64,000 bases of DNA from Vicugna vicugna (GCA_013265495.1 MU058636.1:6111741-6175740); one strand, 5' to 3'; shown: positions 50,421 to 64,000, counted from the first letter of the stretch. Program-made: numbers and translations. Notes: generated by a model from the sequence alone, not told the origin.

Positions 50421-51914
50421 GAGAGATGGAAGCAGGTCCCTGCCACCCCATTAAGAGACAGAGCCCAGCTGACTGGGAAAACCGAGACCTGTCACTTGCG
50501 TCCTGCCCTGGACAGGATGGCAGAGGCAGTGATCCTCCAGAAACAAATGCCTTTCAAACTTTGCTCCCACTTCGGTGGCCATTCTTTTAAGCCCTCTTGT
50601 GAACCCACATCTTTCCCCAGCCCCACAGCCGAAGCTCAGTGAAGCCCCCTTTAGAAAGCATAGAGTCACTAGTAGAGGAATGTCTGAATAAGAATGAATT
50701 AAACCATAAACAAATGACTTTTTTTTTACTAAGCAAGAAACCCAGAGTGTATGGCTCAATAATGCTAGCAATGACATTTTATCTTTCTGATCTGCCATCC
50801 TCAGTGTGACCACTTGGCTCCTTCTCAGGCTCAAAAAAAAGCTCCTGTGCCTCAAAGAATCACATCCTCAAGGGAAAGAATGGAGAAAAAGGAATTTCTC
50901 CTCTCTCTCCAGCACTTAGGATAAAAAAAAAAAACCTGAACTCCGCCCGAGCTAACTCCACGGTGGACATGGGGAACCCTAACAGAACACCGTGACCGGG
51001 CCAGGTCCCCCCATCACCCACATAACTCCTGCTACACAAAGCAAAGGACTTCCAAGGCCACGACGCGTATTCTGTTTGGCTCTTTCTTCATGGAATCACA
51101 GAAGCCATCACCTCTGCTCTATATGTCACCTTTGCTTCATATTCCCCTCCCAGATTTCACCCCTCAATTTTAGTTTTTTTACTTGTTCGTTTGTTTTTTA
51201 CTAACAACATCAATTCTTGGTATTTAAAGAATACCATGGCTTTAAAATAATAGTGGGCATCAAAGTTATCTCCTTTGTTTTACCCAGCTTAAAAGGTGTC
51301 AATGCATGGGTCCCTGAAGTTGGTCCCTGTTTGATTCTAATAATCCAAGGTTTGATTCTAATCTAGATCCTGGCTTTGCCCTAAGGCATCAGTGCTGGCC
51401 AGGATGGGGCTATCTAGGCGGCCCTGCCCTAGGTTACAAATGAAAAGGTGGATTAGAAGGCAAAATGGAAAAAGAGAAATACACTTCCACAGATTTCAGC
51501 CCAGGTTATCCCTGAATAGTCATTTATATGAGGAATAGCAGTTTCACGGCTAAATAAGAATTACAGCGTGTTAAAGCAGAAGTAGCTGGGGAAAGTAGAA
51601 TTTCACCCTTATTAGCTGTTAACGCATTAGCATGAGTTAGTTTGTCAAATTATCATGTCAACCCATTTAGTTAGGATAAAGAGAAGCTGAAAAAACAAAA
51701 TGCTACTTCCGTCCATTTTACAGTCATGCCTGAGGATGACCTTAGATGGTACAGTGTTTGGCAAAAACCTGTTGAATTCTGTCCTCTTACGTTCTAGCCT
51801 GCAGGCGTCCAAAGGCCGTCCATCCCTCAGGGCCCCAAAGAAAACTCCTCTGTGGTCAGCAACTCGCTCAGCAGAGACCATCTTTCTTTTGAAATCCTAG
51901 GAGACATTGTTTAC

Positions 51915-52135
51915 ATCTCTCTCATGGCATTTGTAACTGTCTACTCTGCATGGGGATTATTTTTATGTTGTTTCCTTATGTGTACTATTTGCATACATGA
52001 GGTACCATTTGTTCATATGCATTTTGTGCTCTACGAGAACAAGCACCATGAACAGAATCTGCAGGTGATTCGTCTTTATCTTGCAAAGCCCCTTTATATG
52101 TGTGTGTTCAAAATGTATTTATTGACTGACTGCAT
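51915..52135 (+). mobile_element. L2 3'-end fragment(s)
   Basis: 'ctctcatggcatttgtaactgtctact' and terminal 'gtgttcaaaatgtatttattgactgactg'. Confidence 0.45.
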
Positions 52136-54244
52136 ACATTATATTTGAGAGCTCCATGCATGTCAATTTTAATTCTACTTGCTGTATTTTCTTATAATTT
52201 TATTTTAGCAGTCAGCTTTAAAGCCATCCTCTGAAGATGGTTTAGACTGTGGGGCATAGCATGTAGCAAGATTGCACATTTTCTTTCCTTTTATTTCAAA
52301 TTATGATGTGTCCACACACACACACATTCATGCAGACATACACTCACACACACCCCCATGAAGTTAGAAAATTTGAAAATGATCTTGACTTCCTTTTCTT
52401 CAGTCCCAAACATCTGTGTTAATATGTATTTGTGAAGGAGAGGCAGCAGGTGGAAATTCATATAGCACCCCTCTACCAGACCCATGGTGTGCAGACACTG
52501 GTTGCTCCAAACTCCACATCAGTCCTGCCTTGCAGGAAAAGCAGAAATTGCTCACCCAGGTCATTAGAGAAGTTACGCTTTCCGTTTCTTTCTGTGCTAT
52601 CGTCCGAGGCTGCTGCAGGGAGGGTATGTAAAATGCAGGAGGGGACTCTCCGGTTGCGTGAGAAGAATATTTTCTCAGGTTAACTCTGAGACAAAAATCC
52701 ACAAATCTTTTATGGGATCAGGGTTCTAATTTCAATATTACTGAGAAGCTCTAAGAATGATTCACCCTGGGCAATGTTCGTTTTGCGATTCCAGTTCCCA
52801 GACAGGCCTCTGTTTTCGGTGCGTTCTGTGTCTCTCAGCCCTGCACTCCGAGGCGAACAGCAACCCCGTTTCGAAAGTATAAATGCGCCTCCAGGCCCTA
52901 ATCCCTTCTGTGTAATGGGGCATTTGTTTCTCTTCAGTGAACAGTAAACCTGTAATTCTCTTTAATCCTGGGAGAGCAGGGATTTCGGTTACTCACTCTC
53001 CCACCTACCTTCCTGAGGCTTTTCCCTGTCATCAAAGACCCTTCAGAATTTTTACAAATCCCAGAATATCGGTCTAGTTAGTCCGTAAAAAGATGCTACA
53101 AATGGAACTCGGAATCTAGGTCAATTCCATCATCTAGGAAATTCTGAACAAAGGCTGGATTTAGTCCGGAATCCGTGGCTGGCTGCTGCCTGCTCCCTCT
53201 CAAGCCAATTCCAAAGCAGTGAGGGCTAGAACTTGATGAAATGAAATATGAGTACAATAAAATAGGTAGATACAGATACGGTTATAATACATTTATGCAG
53301 AGGAAAAGCTTTTCTGGTAAAATGCCCTCCCCTATTCCAAGCTGACGTAAGAAGGAATTTTTTAGTGCGTGGCAACAGCAGGAAAGATGAAGGGAAAAAG
53401 AAAAAGAAAACAAGTGCTTACAGAGGTCCTCTGACCTCGGCAAACTTTATAAGCAAAATGTCACTTTGTTTTGAAACAGCATTTCTAGACCAAACACATG
53501 TTTCAAAGTCTATTTCAAGCAGATTTTAACTCAGTGCTAAGGAATCTTAAACCTTGGAACAACTCAAATTTTCCATTCCTTGGGGGCCAAGAGATTTAGA
53601 TATTTGGAATCCTTGTGGGCTTCCTTATCTAGCCAAACAAATAAAGGTCTTTGTGTGACTTCTGATGTGATCCCTGCACAAATCTGCCCTTCTAATTGGG
53701 ATACTTGAGGAACTAAATCATGTACAGAATTTCCTCCCCAGTGACTTCATATTAGGGATCTCAAATAATTCTTCTATTGAGTTCTTTAGTGTAGCAAGTG
53801 CTCCATTCCACTCTGAAGATAATTCTTTGAAAGCAATTAAAAAAAGTTTAGTCCAACATAATTCATTAGCAATGCCAGGAAGGGATTAAGAGGAAAATAC
53901 ATTTTATTGATAATAAATTGCTCTCTTTTGCTTTCATAGATATGAACTAAATACTTATTGCTTGTAGCTACTAAAATTTAATTTTAGCAAAGCACAATTT
54001 ACAGATTGAGACAAGGAGTTATTATAACTGGAGAAGATGACAGAGTCTGGTTTCAGACTGATCCTTCTAATTTCCTGCTCTAACTACTGACTGATTTCTC
54101 TTGGCACAGAACTAGACATGTAAGAGAGTTCTACTTGGGTGTTAATTAGGATCTTTTACCTTGACTGTTCTTCTGACAGTGTTTGCATATAACCCTGTTT
54201 CTTTCCTAATAGAAAGGTCTGAAAATTTTTAAGCACTGTGAAAA

Positions 54245-54619
54245 TGTGTTAAGGAAACCTAATTCAAAATTGGAGTCAGGAAGCCAGGAAGGGAGGGCTC
54301 TAACGCACGCGCAACACTGCAGTGCACAGTCCAGCAGGAGGACATTTCCTCCCTCCGCCAGCAACAGCCCTGGTCTGCAGCCAATGAGAAGCTGCCACCA
54401 CTTAGAACTCTCATTTTTCTCCAATGATCTTTTGCTCAAAACAACCCCTTCCAACTTCCTCCTTTCCTCTATAGAAGAAAGTTCCCCTTTGTCCTCCAGA
54501 ATTGCCTATGATTCACCATAGTTTGTCCCAAATTGCAATTCCTCTGCTATTATTTTGAATAAACGCTTTTTTTTTTTTGCCTTAAATAAAATTGCTTTTT
54601 GCTCTGGCTAAGGTTGACA
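54245..54619 (+). mobile_element. ERV1-class solo LTR
   Basis: TGT...GACA termini; CCAAT 54381-54385; TATA-like 'ctatagaa'; AATAAA 54558-54563; no clean TSD. Confidence 0.75.
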
Positions 54620-55260
54620 TGAAGGAGGAAGGTGGAAAGAGAGGATCCACAGATAAGTACACAAGTGTAGGGGACGACATTACAGATGATCAGGAGGAAG
54701 GTATCCTTGAACAGATCAAAACAGTAGTTAGGATGTAAAGAGAGGTCATTTCCGGTCCAGGATGAGAATCTGAACCCGTGATTTAAGAACCTTGCTCTTG
54801 CGAACGCCAACTGAAGTGACCAAAACAATGGAACGGGGAGAAGAGCAAACGGAGCCCAGCAGCAGTGGAGAGGGCCTCCCACATGCAGAGACACTGAGGA
54901 GCTTACTCACAATGTGGGGCAAGGAAGACAGACAGACGTGAGAGAAGGAGCTGGCAATCTCATGCCCACAAGGGTAATGACCACCTGAGCAAAGTGAAGG
55001 GAATCTCAGCCAGACCATCCTGACAATTTTTGGTTGGCACAAAATGAGCTGGAGAAAAGAATGAACAGTGGGTAATATGAATTGGCACATTTTTTGATCC
55101 TAAGAAAGAAGACTGAGAAATGCACTGGGTGCTGAATCCCACGAGGCAATATGACAGTGACAACTTCAACCACCACCACCACAGCAAACACTTCTATGGT
55201 GTTTGCTGTGTACTGGGCACGGGGGTCAGTGTTTTATAGATATTGCCTGCTCAGTCATCA

Positions 55261-55699
55261 TGTTGCCGGAGAACAGCTCTTGCCTCGCACAGAAAAGAAT
55301 TCAATAGCAAGTCATAGTAAAGTGAAAGCAAGTTTATTTAGAGAGATACACACTTCATAGACAGAGTGGGGGCTCTCTCAGAAGGCAAGAAAGAGAGCGA
55401 ACACAGGGGCAGTGTTGCTAGTTTTTATGGGCTCCGCAACTTCAAATGCTAATGAGTAGGAGGATTTTCTAGCTACTTTGGGGAAGGGGTAAGGATTTCC
55501 AGGAATTGGGCACCCCCTGCCTACTTCTTGACTTCTTATGGTCAGCCTAGGAACTATCATGGCGCCTGCGGATGTGCCATGAGATTCAAGGTCTCCTGGA
55601 AGCCGAATCTTCCACCACCTTGGTACTATCCAGTTTGTCCTGTGTTCAGTTGCGCTGTCACTCTTTCAGTGGTGCCTTGCCCCCTTCCCTCCTGTCTCA
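55261..55699 (-). mobile_element. ERV1-class solo LTR inserted in a MIR
   Basis: TGTT...CTCA termini; 4-bp TSD ATCA/TTCA; TTTATT and TTTTTATG on the plus strand give a poly(A) signal and TATA-like box on the minus strand; MIR halves at about 55150-55260 and 55704-55780. Confidence 0.85.
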
Positions 55700-55849
55700 T
55701 TCACAACACACCTGTCAGGTGGGCACTTTATCCATCTTTAAAGATTAGAAGAAACTGAGTCATGGAGATGCTAAGTTAGGATAGGCAATCAGATGATAAG
55801 ATTATCTTCCTGGTCAAATTGAGTCAACCAAATACAATTAGAGCTATTA

Positions 55850-56750
55850 ATAGATTTCCTGTAATAAGCAGCCTGATAGAAAGCATCATGGGAAAAGAGC
55901 CCCTTAATAACAATGGTGGAGATACAAAAAATGTAAGAATAAACTGAGAATATGCAGGATTTATAATGAATTTTATACAGAAAAGTATACTACTTTATGA
56001 AAAGACATAAAGAAACCCATGAATAAAATAAATGGAGAGAACACATTCCAAACAGAATCACCTAATAACAACATCTGTATTTCTTGTCTGATTAGTCTAA
56101 AAATAAATTACTATCAACCAATATCTGATTAGGATTTGAAAAGGTAGGACAGGCTATAATAAAAGCATTTATTTTTATTTTTTAAGGTACTTTAATTATT
56201 TATGTAATTAATTACATAAATAATACACAAATATATAATTTCATGGATTAAATGAAACTACTAGGGGCAAATGTATTTAAATAGTGGCATGGTTTGGGGA
56301 TGAAAAAGGCCTTTTTCTATTATCACTGTAGGAATCAACTCAAATGAAATAAAATCTGAATTAAAAAGCAAATGAAAACTGAGATATCTGTTGCAAGCCA
56401 AGGCAGATAAATGATATTTATTGACTAAAATTGTTCTAAATCAACAGGAAACATGAAAATTCAATTACAAATGAGTAAGGCACATGAACAGGCAATTTGT
56501 AGAGGCAGAAACAGAGATAACTGAGCATATATTAAAGTGTTCAGTCTCACTAGGACTCAAAGATCTAGCAATTAAAACCACTATAAGCTATAATTTCCAT
56601 CTACAGCTTTCAAAATGTTTTCAGATATTTTCCAGTGCTGATAAGCACAGGAAAATGGACACCTTGATACATTTCTGGTCATAGTAATAGACACAAGAGG
56701 AAGGGAACGAGCAGTTTGGGGCCCATAACTACTATTTTACAAGTACTTTC
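55850..56750 (+). mobile_element. Ancient L1 (L1ME-type) ORF2 3' fragments
   Basis: A-rich; 'aaaagacataaagaaacccatgaataaa...tggagaga' and 'catgaacaggcaatttgtagagg...gtgttcagtctcactag'. Confidence 0.7.
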
Positions 56751-58985
56751 GTTCTGGATGAATCAATTAAAGTGTTTTTTAGGAATGTCTGAGGATACGA
56801 AAGTTAATTTAAGTTTTACAAAAATTAACTTATTACAAACCCATTGTATGAAGTGGCCTATGATATCGGGATGTATTTTGTGTAATTATTGTCATGAGGA
56901 GGAAAGGATTTTTTACACTTTGGAATTCCTCTCAAGGAAAGCATAGTTATTTTCTACTTTATTTACCTTATGTAAATACTCATGATATAACGTGCCATAA
57001 AGTAGGATTACTGAACTCATCTCATAAGACATTTTCTCGTTTTTAATCCTAAAGTGAACAGCAAGCATAAAGAAAGTGAGGCAGAAATCAAGGGAACTTG
57101 GAAAAGTAGCTGGAGTCTGAGAGAGCCAGACACTAGCTGTGCTAATGTGACCAAACTTATGAAGTGATTAACGTGCGAATATTTTTTGTGAAACCAGCCT
57201 GAGCTTCACAGGAGATTTACAAGAACACAATATGTGGGGCGTAGGATCTGGAGGTGGACAGGCTGTGAGGACAGGAGCTCTGGGAATTCCAGAAGTCATG
57301 GGAAGGGGTTTGGGTTTTATAGGTCCCGCCCAGATAATTATCCAGCTTTCCAATGTCATCAAAACTCAGATTGAGTTTTATAATCATCACATTTTTATTA
57401 CTCTAATTTTTCAGATGATGTGCACTTTTTTTTTTTTTGGTCTAAACTAATATCCTTTACCTTGAACAGTACAAGCTGGCAAGAAAAAAAAGAAACCCAC
57501 AGGAAGTATTTCCTGCAGGGCATTTTACAAGTTACTTACGTTGCTAGAAGTATTTTCTATTTTCCTACGTAAAATTTAATTTAGCACCCTAAGCTTACTT
57601 TCATTTCTTATTTTTCTTAATGTTTCACTAAGAAACACTAATGTTCATTGGTGGTGATGGTTTATTTTTGTTTGGTTTTGTTTTAACAAGTTGAAACCTG
57701 AGCCCCTGCTCTTAGTACTGGCAGTTTGATGGTATCAAGTGGCCTCATACTGAGGGAGGGATGGAAGCTTTATTTGCCTTTGACAAGCTGTAGTTAGCCA
57801 CCCCCCTCCCCAACTTATATACTTCAATTGATTACTTTATGTGAACTCTGAGGTTAGACACCATTCACTTGTGAATAATTAACCATATAGATAATCAATT
57901 ATTCGTAACTCTTACTCATTTTGAGGACTTGAAAAGCACCATTTGGTTTCTCATAGGTTAATTTAGATCCTTGATTCTTAATATCCTTCATGGATAGTTT
58001 GGAAATTAATCAAACTTCAAGGTCAGTTTCCACTCATCTTTGCTGATGCGATAGATTATTTGATTACTTGAAGCTGCTCAAAGACCTAAAAAGACTAGGT
58101 GAATTGAAGAAGATAATATTGGTAATGAAGGTAGAACTACTGAGGAATAAAGGGCACAGTCACACGTTTTTAGTTTTTAAAAAAATCCTTTTTAAAAAAA
58201 TTAAACAAAAGAAAACCAATTATAGAGTAAAACCTTAAAAAAAGAGCCAAGCCTGAATTGGCAGGGTGATCTCTCAGGTAGAGACTTGTTTTAATTTATA
58301 AGTTCATAAATTAGCATCTCGTCACCCCCATTTTTTCCAAGCCCACAGTCAGTGCCGCCAAGATAAGGATCATAAACTTCCACACACAATCAAGAGAACC
58401 CTGAGCCCTCTGGGGGTCTCTTTCCTTTCCAAGGCCGGAGTCCCTGTGTGCTCGCGGGAGGTGGCAACAAGCGCCTGCGAGCCTGCGGAGGGAGATGCTG
58501 GCTTCCTTTCTCTTACCTTTACCTGCCGTAGACGTGAAGCCACAGCTGCTGCCCCCGCAGCCAGATAGCCAACTTTATTGATTTCTACCGAGTATATTTT
58601 CCTAGTCTCTAGTATTTGTCCTAAGCAGTTTATAATACTTTCACCTTAGGCTATCCTGATAATCTGAGTAAGGTATGTTGGTTTGGCTATCTTTGGAGTC
58701 GAGTTTCAGGTGGCACATGTGTGCACACGTCCTAGCACCCTGTGGGAAATAGACCTAGAAGCTGAGGAGCCAGGGGTGTGAAGGGGGAAAAGATTGAACC
58801 AAACCTCAGCACTTTGACTGGCTTTTCTCTGTACACTGGTTCTTACCCAGAATGCTCCCTGATCCCTGTGTGCAAATAGGTCACTGGAGAGAGAAGAAGT
58901 CCCCTTTCTGGTCCTCCAGACATCATCAAGCTTGCCTGAGTCCTAGGGTAACACAGTTTTACCACTTTTAATCACGTTAAGTTGT

Positions 58986-59245
58986 CATTCAGTTCTTCAT
59001 GGTATGTTTATTGAGCACTTACTATGTGTCAGGGACCACAGAAGGTACAAGGACAGAGCTGCCATTCTGTGCAGGAGACAGACTATTAAAAAGTGTGCAA
59101 ATAAACAGTGCAAAATAATTAAGCTTGTAATGAGGGATAGGAAGGAAGTAAAGAGGGTTCTAGGGTAAAGAACATCTTGGGTGGGGAGAGGGTCAGGAAG
59201 AGCCTCTCTGAAGAGGAGATAATAAAGCTGAGGCCTGAGAAGGGT
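58986..59245 (-). mobile_element. L2 3' end
   Basis: 'atgtttattgagcacttactatgtgtcagg...ggtcaggaagagcctctctgaagaggagat'. Confidence 0.8.
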
Positions 59246-60789
59246 TTTTTTTTTTAAGTCAGCCAGGCTATTCCAATCAATTTTAGTAGTAGAATGCTTT
59301 TTTTTTTTAAATGAAATTATTAGTGGAATATCACTCAAAAGCGAGTAGAATAGGCTGCTCTGATGGAAGCCAGTTAATGTTGTTGTTCTGCCAACTCAGC
59401 CTCTCCCTTAACCATCCTCTATCCCCAAGAAGACCTCAGATATTCTCAGGGACCTCCTTCTAGTACCAGGATGGGTCCCTGACTCATGTCAATCAACAAT
59501 CCTCAGAGCATGATCCAGGGCTCTGTGAAACACAGTTTGAAAACCATTTGGCTGGGTGGGGCCAATAAGCAATTGCTTCATGTTGTCCTGCCCGTTAATC
59601 AGACACGAAGATGTGTATCTTTGACTCAACAGTTGAGCTGTGTCAGTTCTGACACAGATTTCTCCTTTATGTCCTAAAATTTCAGATACACAAGGCACCA
59701 CAAATCGCGTGTCTGCCCTGTTCTTTGTCTAAAGCGTCAGCGATCTATACCCTAGCTGGAAGGCTGTGCTCACTTGGATTAGCATTAGATCATCAGTGAG
59801 GATAACAAATGCCTCCTCGGTGTATTCAATGAGAGGAAGCGTTGATTAAATGCTGAGAGGCTAAGGGTTCCACCTGGACATCTCGTCCTGAGACGGCTGC
59901 TTCTACCTCTGCCTTTTGTCCATTCATTCCTATTTGGTACCATGTGAGGCAGACATAGGCATTTGGTACTTTTGAGTCATCAACATGTTTTTTTTCTTAT
60001 TTTAATTTCACTGAAATAATTCAAAGAATGAACTACTTCAAAAAATAAAAGTATTCAATTTAGGCTGCCTGTTACTGTTTTTAGTTACGTAGAGGTATCC
60101 AAGCATAATTGAGAAAATAATTTAATCAAATCCCTCCCACTGTGGTGTGGGGAGAGCATTTGCATGTGTGAAATACCTCACCAGTTATTGTACATGGCCA
60201 TTTAGTGACCTACAGGACAAGCTTCCAGGTTTTTCTTATGTAGTTGAACTAAATTTCATTTGTACTGAAAAATTTTTAAAGTCATGAATGATTCAAGTCC
60301 ATCAGCTGCGGGATAACTAAGGATGCACGAATTGAATTTTCTCTTTAGGATCACTGGAATTTAAATAAGACAGTGTGCTTTGGTAAACCTATTATATAAA
60401 GATCATAAAAGCATCATCTTTCAAATGTCATAAAGAGCTAATGTTCCCCTGGTGAAATCTAAATAAATGTAAGCTATTTCCAGCTTTGATCTCTGCTTTA
60501 ATTTTACTAGAACTCCATTTTAACAGCCTGTGCCTAGCATTTTAAGGACCAAATTGCAAGTCAGTATATCAAATGTACAACATAAAAGAGAATGCAATGA
60601 ATTGAGCACTATCCTACTTGATAAATAATCCAGGTCGAGTAGACTTGGGAAGTGGTATAGATCAGGTTGGTAGAGAGCAATGGAAAAAAACTCCAGATCT
60701 TCAAGAAGTAAGAGATGCCAGGAAAATAGATTTAGCCCAGCTCATCTCTTGATTTATATCATGTCTATCCTAGCCAATTAAATTCAGCA

Positions 60790-61010
60790 ATTGGAAGTCA
60801 GAGTGCCTGAATTCCCATCCCGACCTCCTCACTATGTTAAAGTTCTGTGACCTTGGGGAAATTGTCTCAATTTATTTGAACCTCTTTTTTTGTATCATCT
60901 GTATAATGGGTTTAGCCAATCTACTTCACAGCATGTTTGTGAGATTTAAATGAGATGATTCTACATAAAGCATGTAACACCACACAATAAACTATCAATA
61001 AATGCCTACT
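60790..61010 (+). mobile_element. MIR SINE
   Basis: 'aagtcagagtgcctgaattcccatccc...tgtgaccttggggaaattg...tcatctgtataatggg...gagatttaaatgagatgat'. Confidence 0.85.
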
Positions 61011-62324
61011 CTTGTTATAAAACAAACAGTCATTGAGGGCTGTCATATGCCAGCGAATAAGAGAAGTTCTAGAGACAAAAACAAAGGTAAAAGTGTCTAC
61101 ATTTTCAAAGGGTTATCAGTTTCAAAGCATCTGGACCACATCATAGTAGGACGGGTTAGCAGAGGTATCCTAACCTATGCCAAAACCCTGCTGGGAGATT
61201 CATGCCCTTTCCCCCATCGAGGGGTCCAGGAAGGCAGAATCCCCTGGGGTTTACTGTCACCGACAGGCACGTCGCACTCTGTCCTGGGCTCCATTTGACC
61301 AGAAGTGATCTGGCAGCTGAATCGCGGCTGGACTGGCAACATCCCCTTCTTTGTCAGGTAGACTGCTGTGTCTTTCCCTCTTCTCTAGACATGTAGAAAC
61401 TTTCAGGGGCAGAATCTCATAGGGACATGAATTCAGCACTTTTTGGTAATCTGGATATGTGGGTAGATGTGGGAGACACAGGATGTGACAGCATCTTTTC
61501 TATTCTCCCACCTATTGATTCTTTTCCATTTCCTTTAAGGAGGGTATTTCATAGACACTCCAAAAACCTTGGTCACTCAGGCGGTTGTTACAAAGATGGT
61601 TTCTGATGGCTAGGGGTCTTAGAGCTTGGCCCACACTTTAGTGTAGAGTTCAAATTTCATGGAGCACTTTATTATAATAGTAATTCTATATTACATGCAA
61701 CCAATGACTTGATTAGTTCCTAAATTTAATTAATATATTTTAAAACTTTTTAAAAATAAAATAATGCAATGTTAAAAAAAAAAAAAAGACCAACTCTCCT
61801 TTGGGTCTTATTTCAACTTTCTAATAAAAGAGCCCACCCAACAGAATTTTTTTTCCTTGTTATATGTATAGACGCATCTCAATCCTCAAAAATGTTTTAA
61901 TAAGTTTGATTAAGCAAATGGAAGGGGACTGAGCGGTGACCAAAACTCTGCCATCCTTTCCCTTCACTGTGATGCTGCCCTGTAAACCCGATGGTGTCTG
62001 CCATCCCGGTCACGGGTCATTGCTGGCTGTGACCTCCCGCTCCTGCAGGGCTCTGGGGCTCACCAGCATCTGGCCTCTTGCAGCTTTCCCTTTCTCTTCT
62101 CTTTTGCCGGTGCAGACATGGAGATCGGCCCTCTCCTTGTTTCCGCCAAAAATTACTCCCCCAAGATATTTTGGGTTTAGCAGATTTTACGAAGATTTAG
62201 GATACAAATGTGGTTTGTGCTACAGAAGTGCAAAAAGCTGGAACTGATTATTGGTCTTCCATTTTAAAAATGTTTCTTGGCCCTTTACACAAAATGAGCT
62301 CTAGGCTGTGGATGTATCAGTCAG

Positions 62325-62424
62325 CTCTCTTCTTTCCCCACCCCTCCCCTCCCTTCTCCCTCCCCTCCCCTTCCTCCTCCTCCTCCTCTTCCTCTTCTTC
62401 TTCCTCTTCTTCTTCTGTCTTTTT
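62325..62424 (+). repeat. C/T-rich tract with (CCT)n/(CTT)n
   Basis: Read directly; explains the poly-Ser ORF. Confidence 0.9.
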
Positions 62425-62869
62425 ATTTCCTAAACCTAAAAAGACAGAGACTGCTCATGCCACATATTCATCTGACAGATAGGCCTTTCTCACGTCCTAC
62501 CAGCAGAGTCCTCTTTTGTCCTTTGAAGATTTAAGCCTCACAATGTGCTCTACTGACAATAGACCCTCTACACTAGGTGGGAGACAGTAATGTAAAGATT
62601 TATTTTTCTTCTGATATGAATTACGCCATACTCCCCTTGAAAAGTGGAAGCATCTCTAGTCAGCTTATGTTTTTAATGTTCCCACTCCCCCTTTTAACAC
62701 TCAGTATTGGGTTGCTGTTATTTTAATCTGATCTTGAGCCTCAAGAACCAGTCAGTTCATTTATGGATTTTATAAGTGGTTGTCCTTGGTATGGGGTAGT
62801 TTAAAAAAAAAACAACTATGTTTACTCCCAAATAAATATGATCCCAGATCAGTGTTCTTTTTTAGTAGA

Positions 62870-63012
62870 CATCCTAGAGTCAGAGTCTAGATCCCCTACG
62901 CACTGAACGTCTGACCTCGGATAAATCACTTCTCCTCCAGGATGATAATAGGCCACAGGGTTGTCACGAGGGTTAAACAAAGTAACACAGCAGGTGGCGT
63001 AGATGCTCAGAG
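62870..63012 (+). mobile_element. MIR fragment
   Basis: 'ctagagtcagagtctagatcc...tgacctcggataaatcacttct...cacagggttgtcacgagggttaaac'. Confidence 0.65.
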
Positions 63013-64000
63013 CATGAGCAGGCGAGTTGCAGGCAGGTCTTCAGAGCTGTGGTCCAGTTAGGCTGTGAAGTAGCCTGGCTGCCAGCTCCTGGTACCCATC
63101 AGCCTCCAAAGCACCAGCAGCTACAGCAACAGTCTCCATTTTAGCGGAAGAGCCTTAGGAATCTTCTGGAAAATGACTCCCACTCAGTCAGCAGAACCAC
63201 GACTCCTTTGTACTAAAATGATGCAGTTAAGTAGGGCATCCAGTTCACCCAACAGCAGGGTCCTTCTTACAGAAGTTTCCACCATTCCTGGACTTCAGAA
63301 CAATTTTTATTAATCAGTTGCCTGGAACCTTCACATCGAATCATTTCTTCAGAAACAAATAAACAAACAAAAACAGGACTTCCAGCCGCCCTTGCGACAC
63401 CTACCTCACAGCAGGGCGCAGGGATGCTTCGGAAGGCACTATTCCCCATGTGACCATTGCCCCCTAACTCCCACTCCCCCAGTGAGAAACTCATCTCCCT
63501 CCTCACCAACTCGCAACTCAAGCTAGGTGTCCTGTTGTACTGAGAAGCCCCCGAAGGATCACTGGAGGCCGGTACCAGCGAGCACGTGGCAGGGGAGGAC
63601 AGATGGCCTGTTACGTCAGAGCTCCGAATCGCTGAGCTAGCTACACAGGATTACATAAGTTTTCACTAACTTACTTAGGAAAATGTATCAGCAGAGCTCA
63701 TTAATTTCTAAAATTAAATTCACAAGGGAAAAAATCTGAAGCACAGTTTTTCCCTGAATTTCTCATGGCCTCTGTTACTCATTTCAGCAGAGATACAGGA
63801 CCAGGTGGCAGGCAAGCATCTCTTTATAAACAACAAGACTGGGATGTGATTCCCTATGAAATGCAGCTAGAAAGCCCCAAGATGGAAAACTCCTGGTGTG
63901 TAAACAACCTGCCACCCTCCGTTCTTCTCTGTGGGAGCCTGACAGTCACTTGACATAAAACCTGCACCCATGACTGCCCTTTTTTTTTTCGTTTAAAAAG

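Noticed and set aside
51852..52148. Hydrophobic 98-aa ORF with apparent AG and GT boundaries
   Set aside because: Overlaps T-rich L2-like sequence; no recognisable protein family
1..64000. CRISPR arrays, prokaryotic operons, tRNA/rRNA/snRNA genes, a novel multi-gene system
   Set aside because: The sequence is mammalian non-coding DNA; I saw no repeat-spacer array, structural RNA signature or gene cluster. Small ncRNAs or short exons could be missed by eye and would need Infernal/Rfam and spliced-alignment searches

Overview
This is AT-rich eutherian genomic DNA, most likely from a camelid. The taxon call is an inference from a young L1 3' end at 7067-7230 that resembles the alpaca/camel L1 as I recall it, cetartiodactyl-type L1s at 39918-42183, and the absence of any recognisable Alu, B1/B2, Bov-A/BovB, CHR, PRE-1 or Can-SINE. 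I recognise no protein-coding exon, RNA gene or processed pseudogene, so the window looks intergenic or deep-intronic. The ORF track is explained by L1 ORF2 remnants, simple repeats and chance. Much of the window is interspersed repeat: L1, L2, MIR, MaLR/ERVL/ERV1 solo LTRs, and Tigger and hAT DNA transposons. The rest is unique sequence with several enhancer-like motif clusters. I found no new biological system that I can support. The best observations are: (1) a ~2 kb L1 that appears to keep both termini but lacks two large internal blocks; (2) a twin-primed, 5'-inverted L1 with a second L1 nested in its inverted arm; (3) a near-consensus recursive-splice site or 6-nt microexon at 18885-18932; (4) a perfect (CCTTCTTT)34 array; (5) a triple DR1 made by a 7-bp triplication; (6) a MEF2/TALE/homeodomain motif cluster. 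Repeat family names come from recalled consensus sequences and need Dfam/RepeatMasker confirmation. Boundaries of old repeats are approximate.
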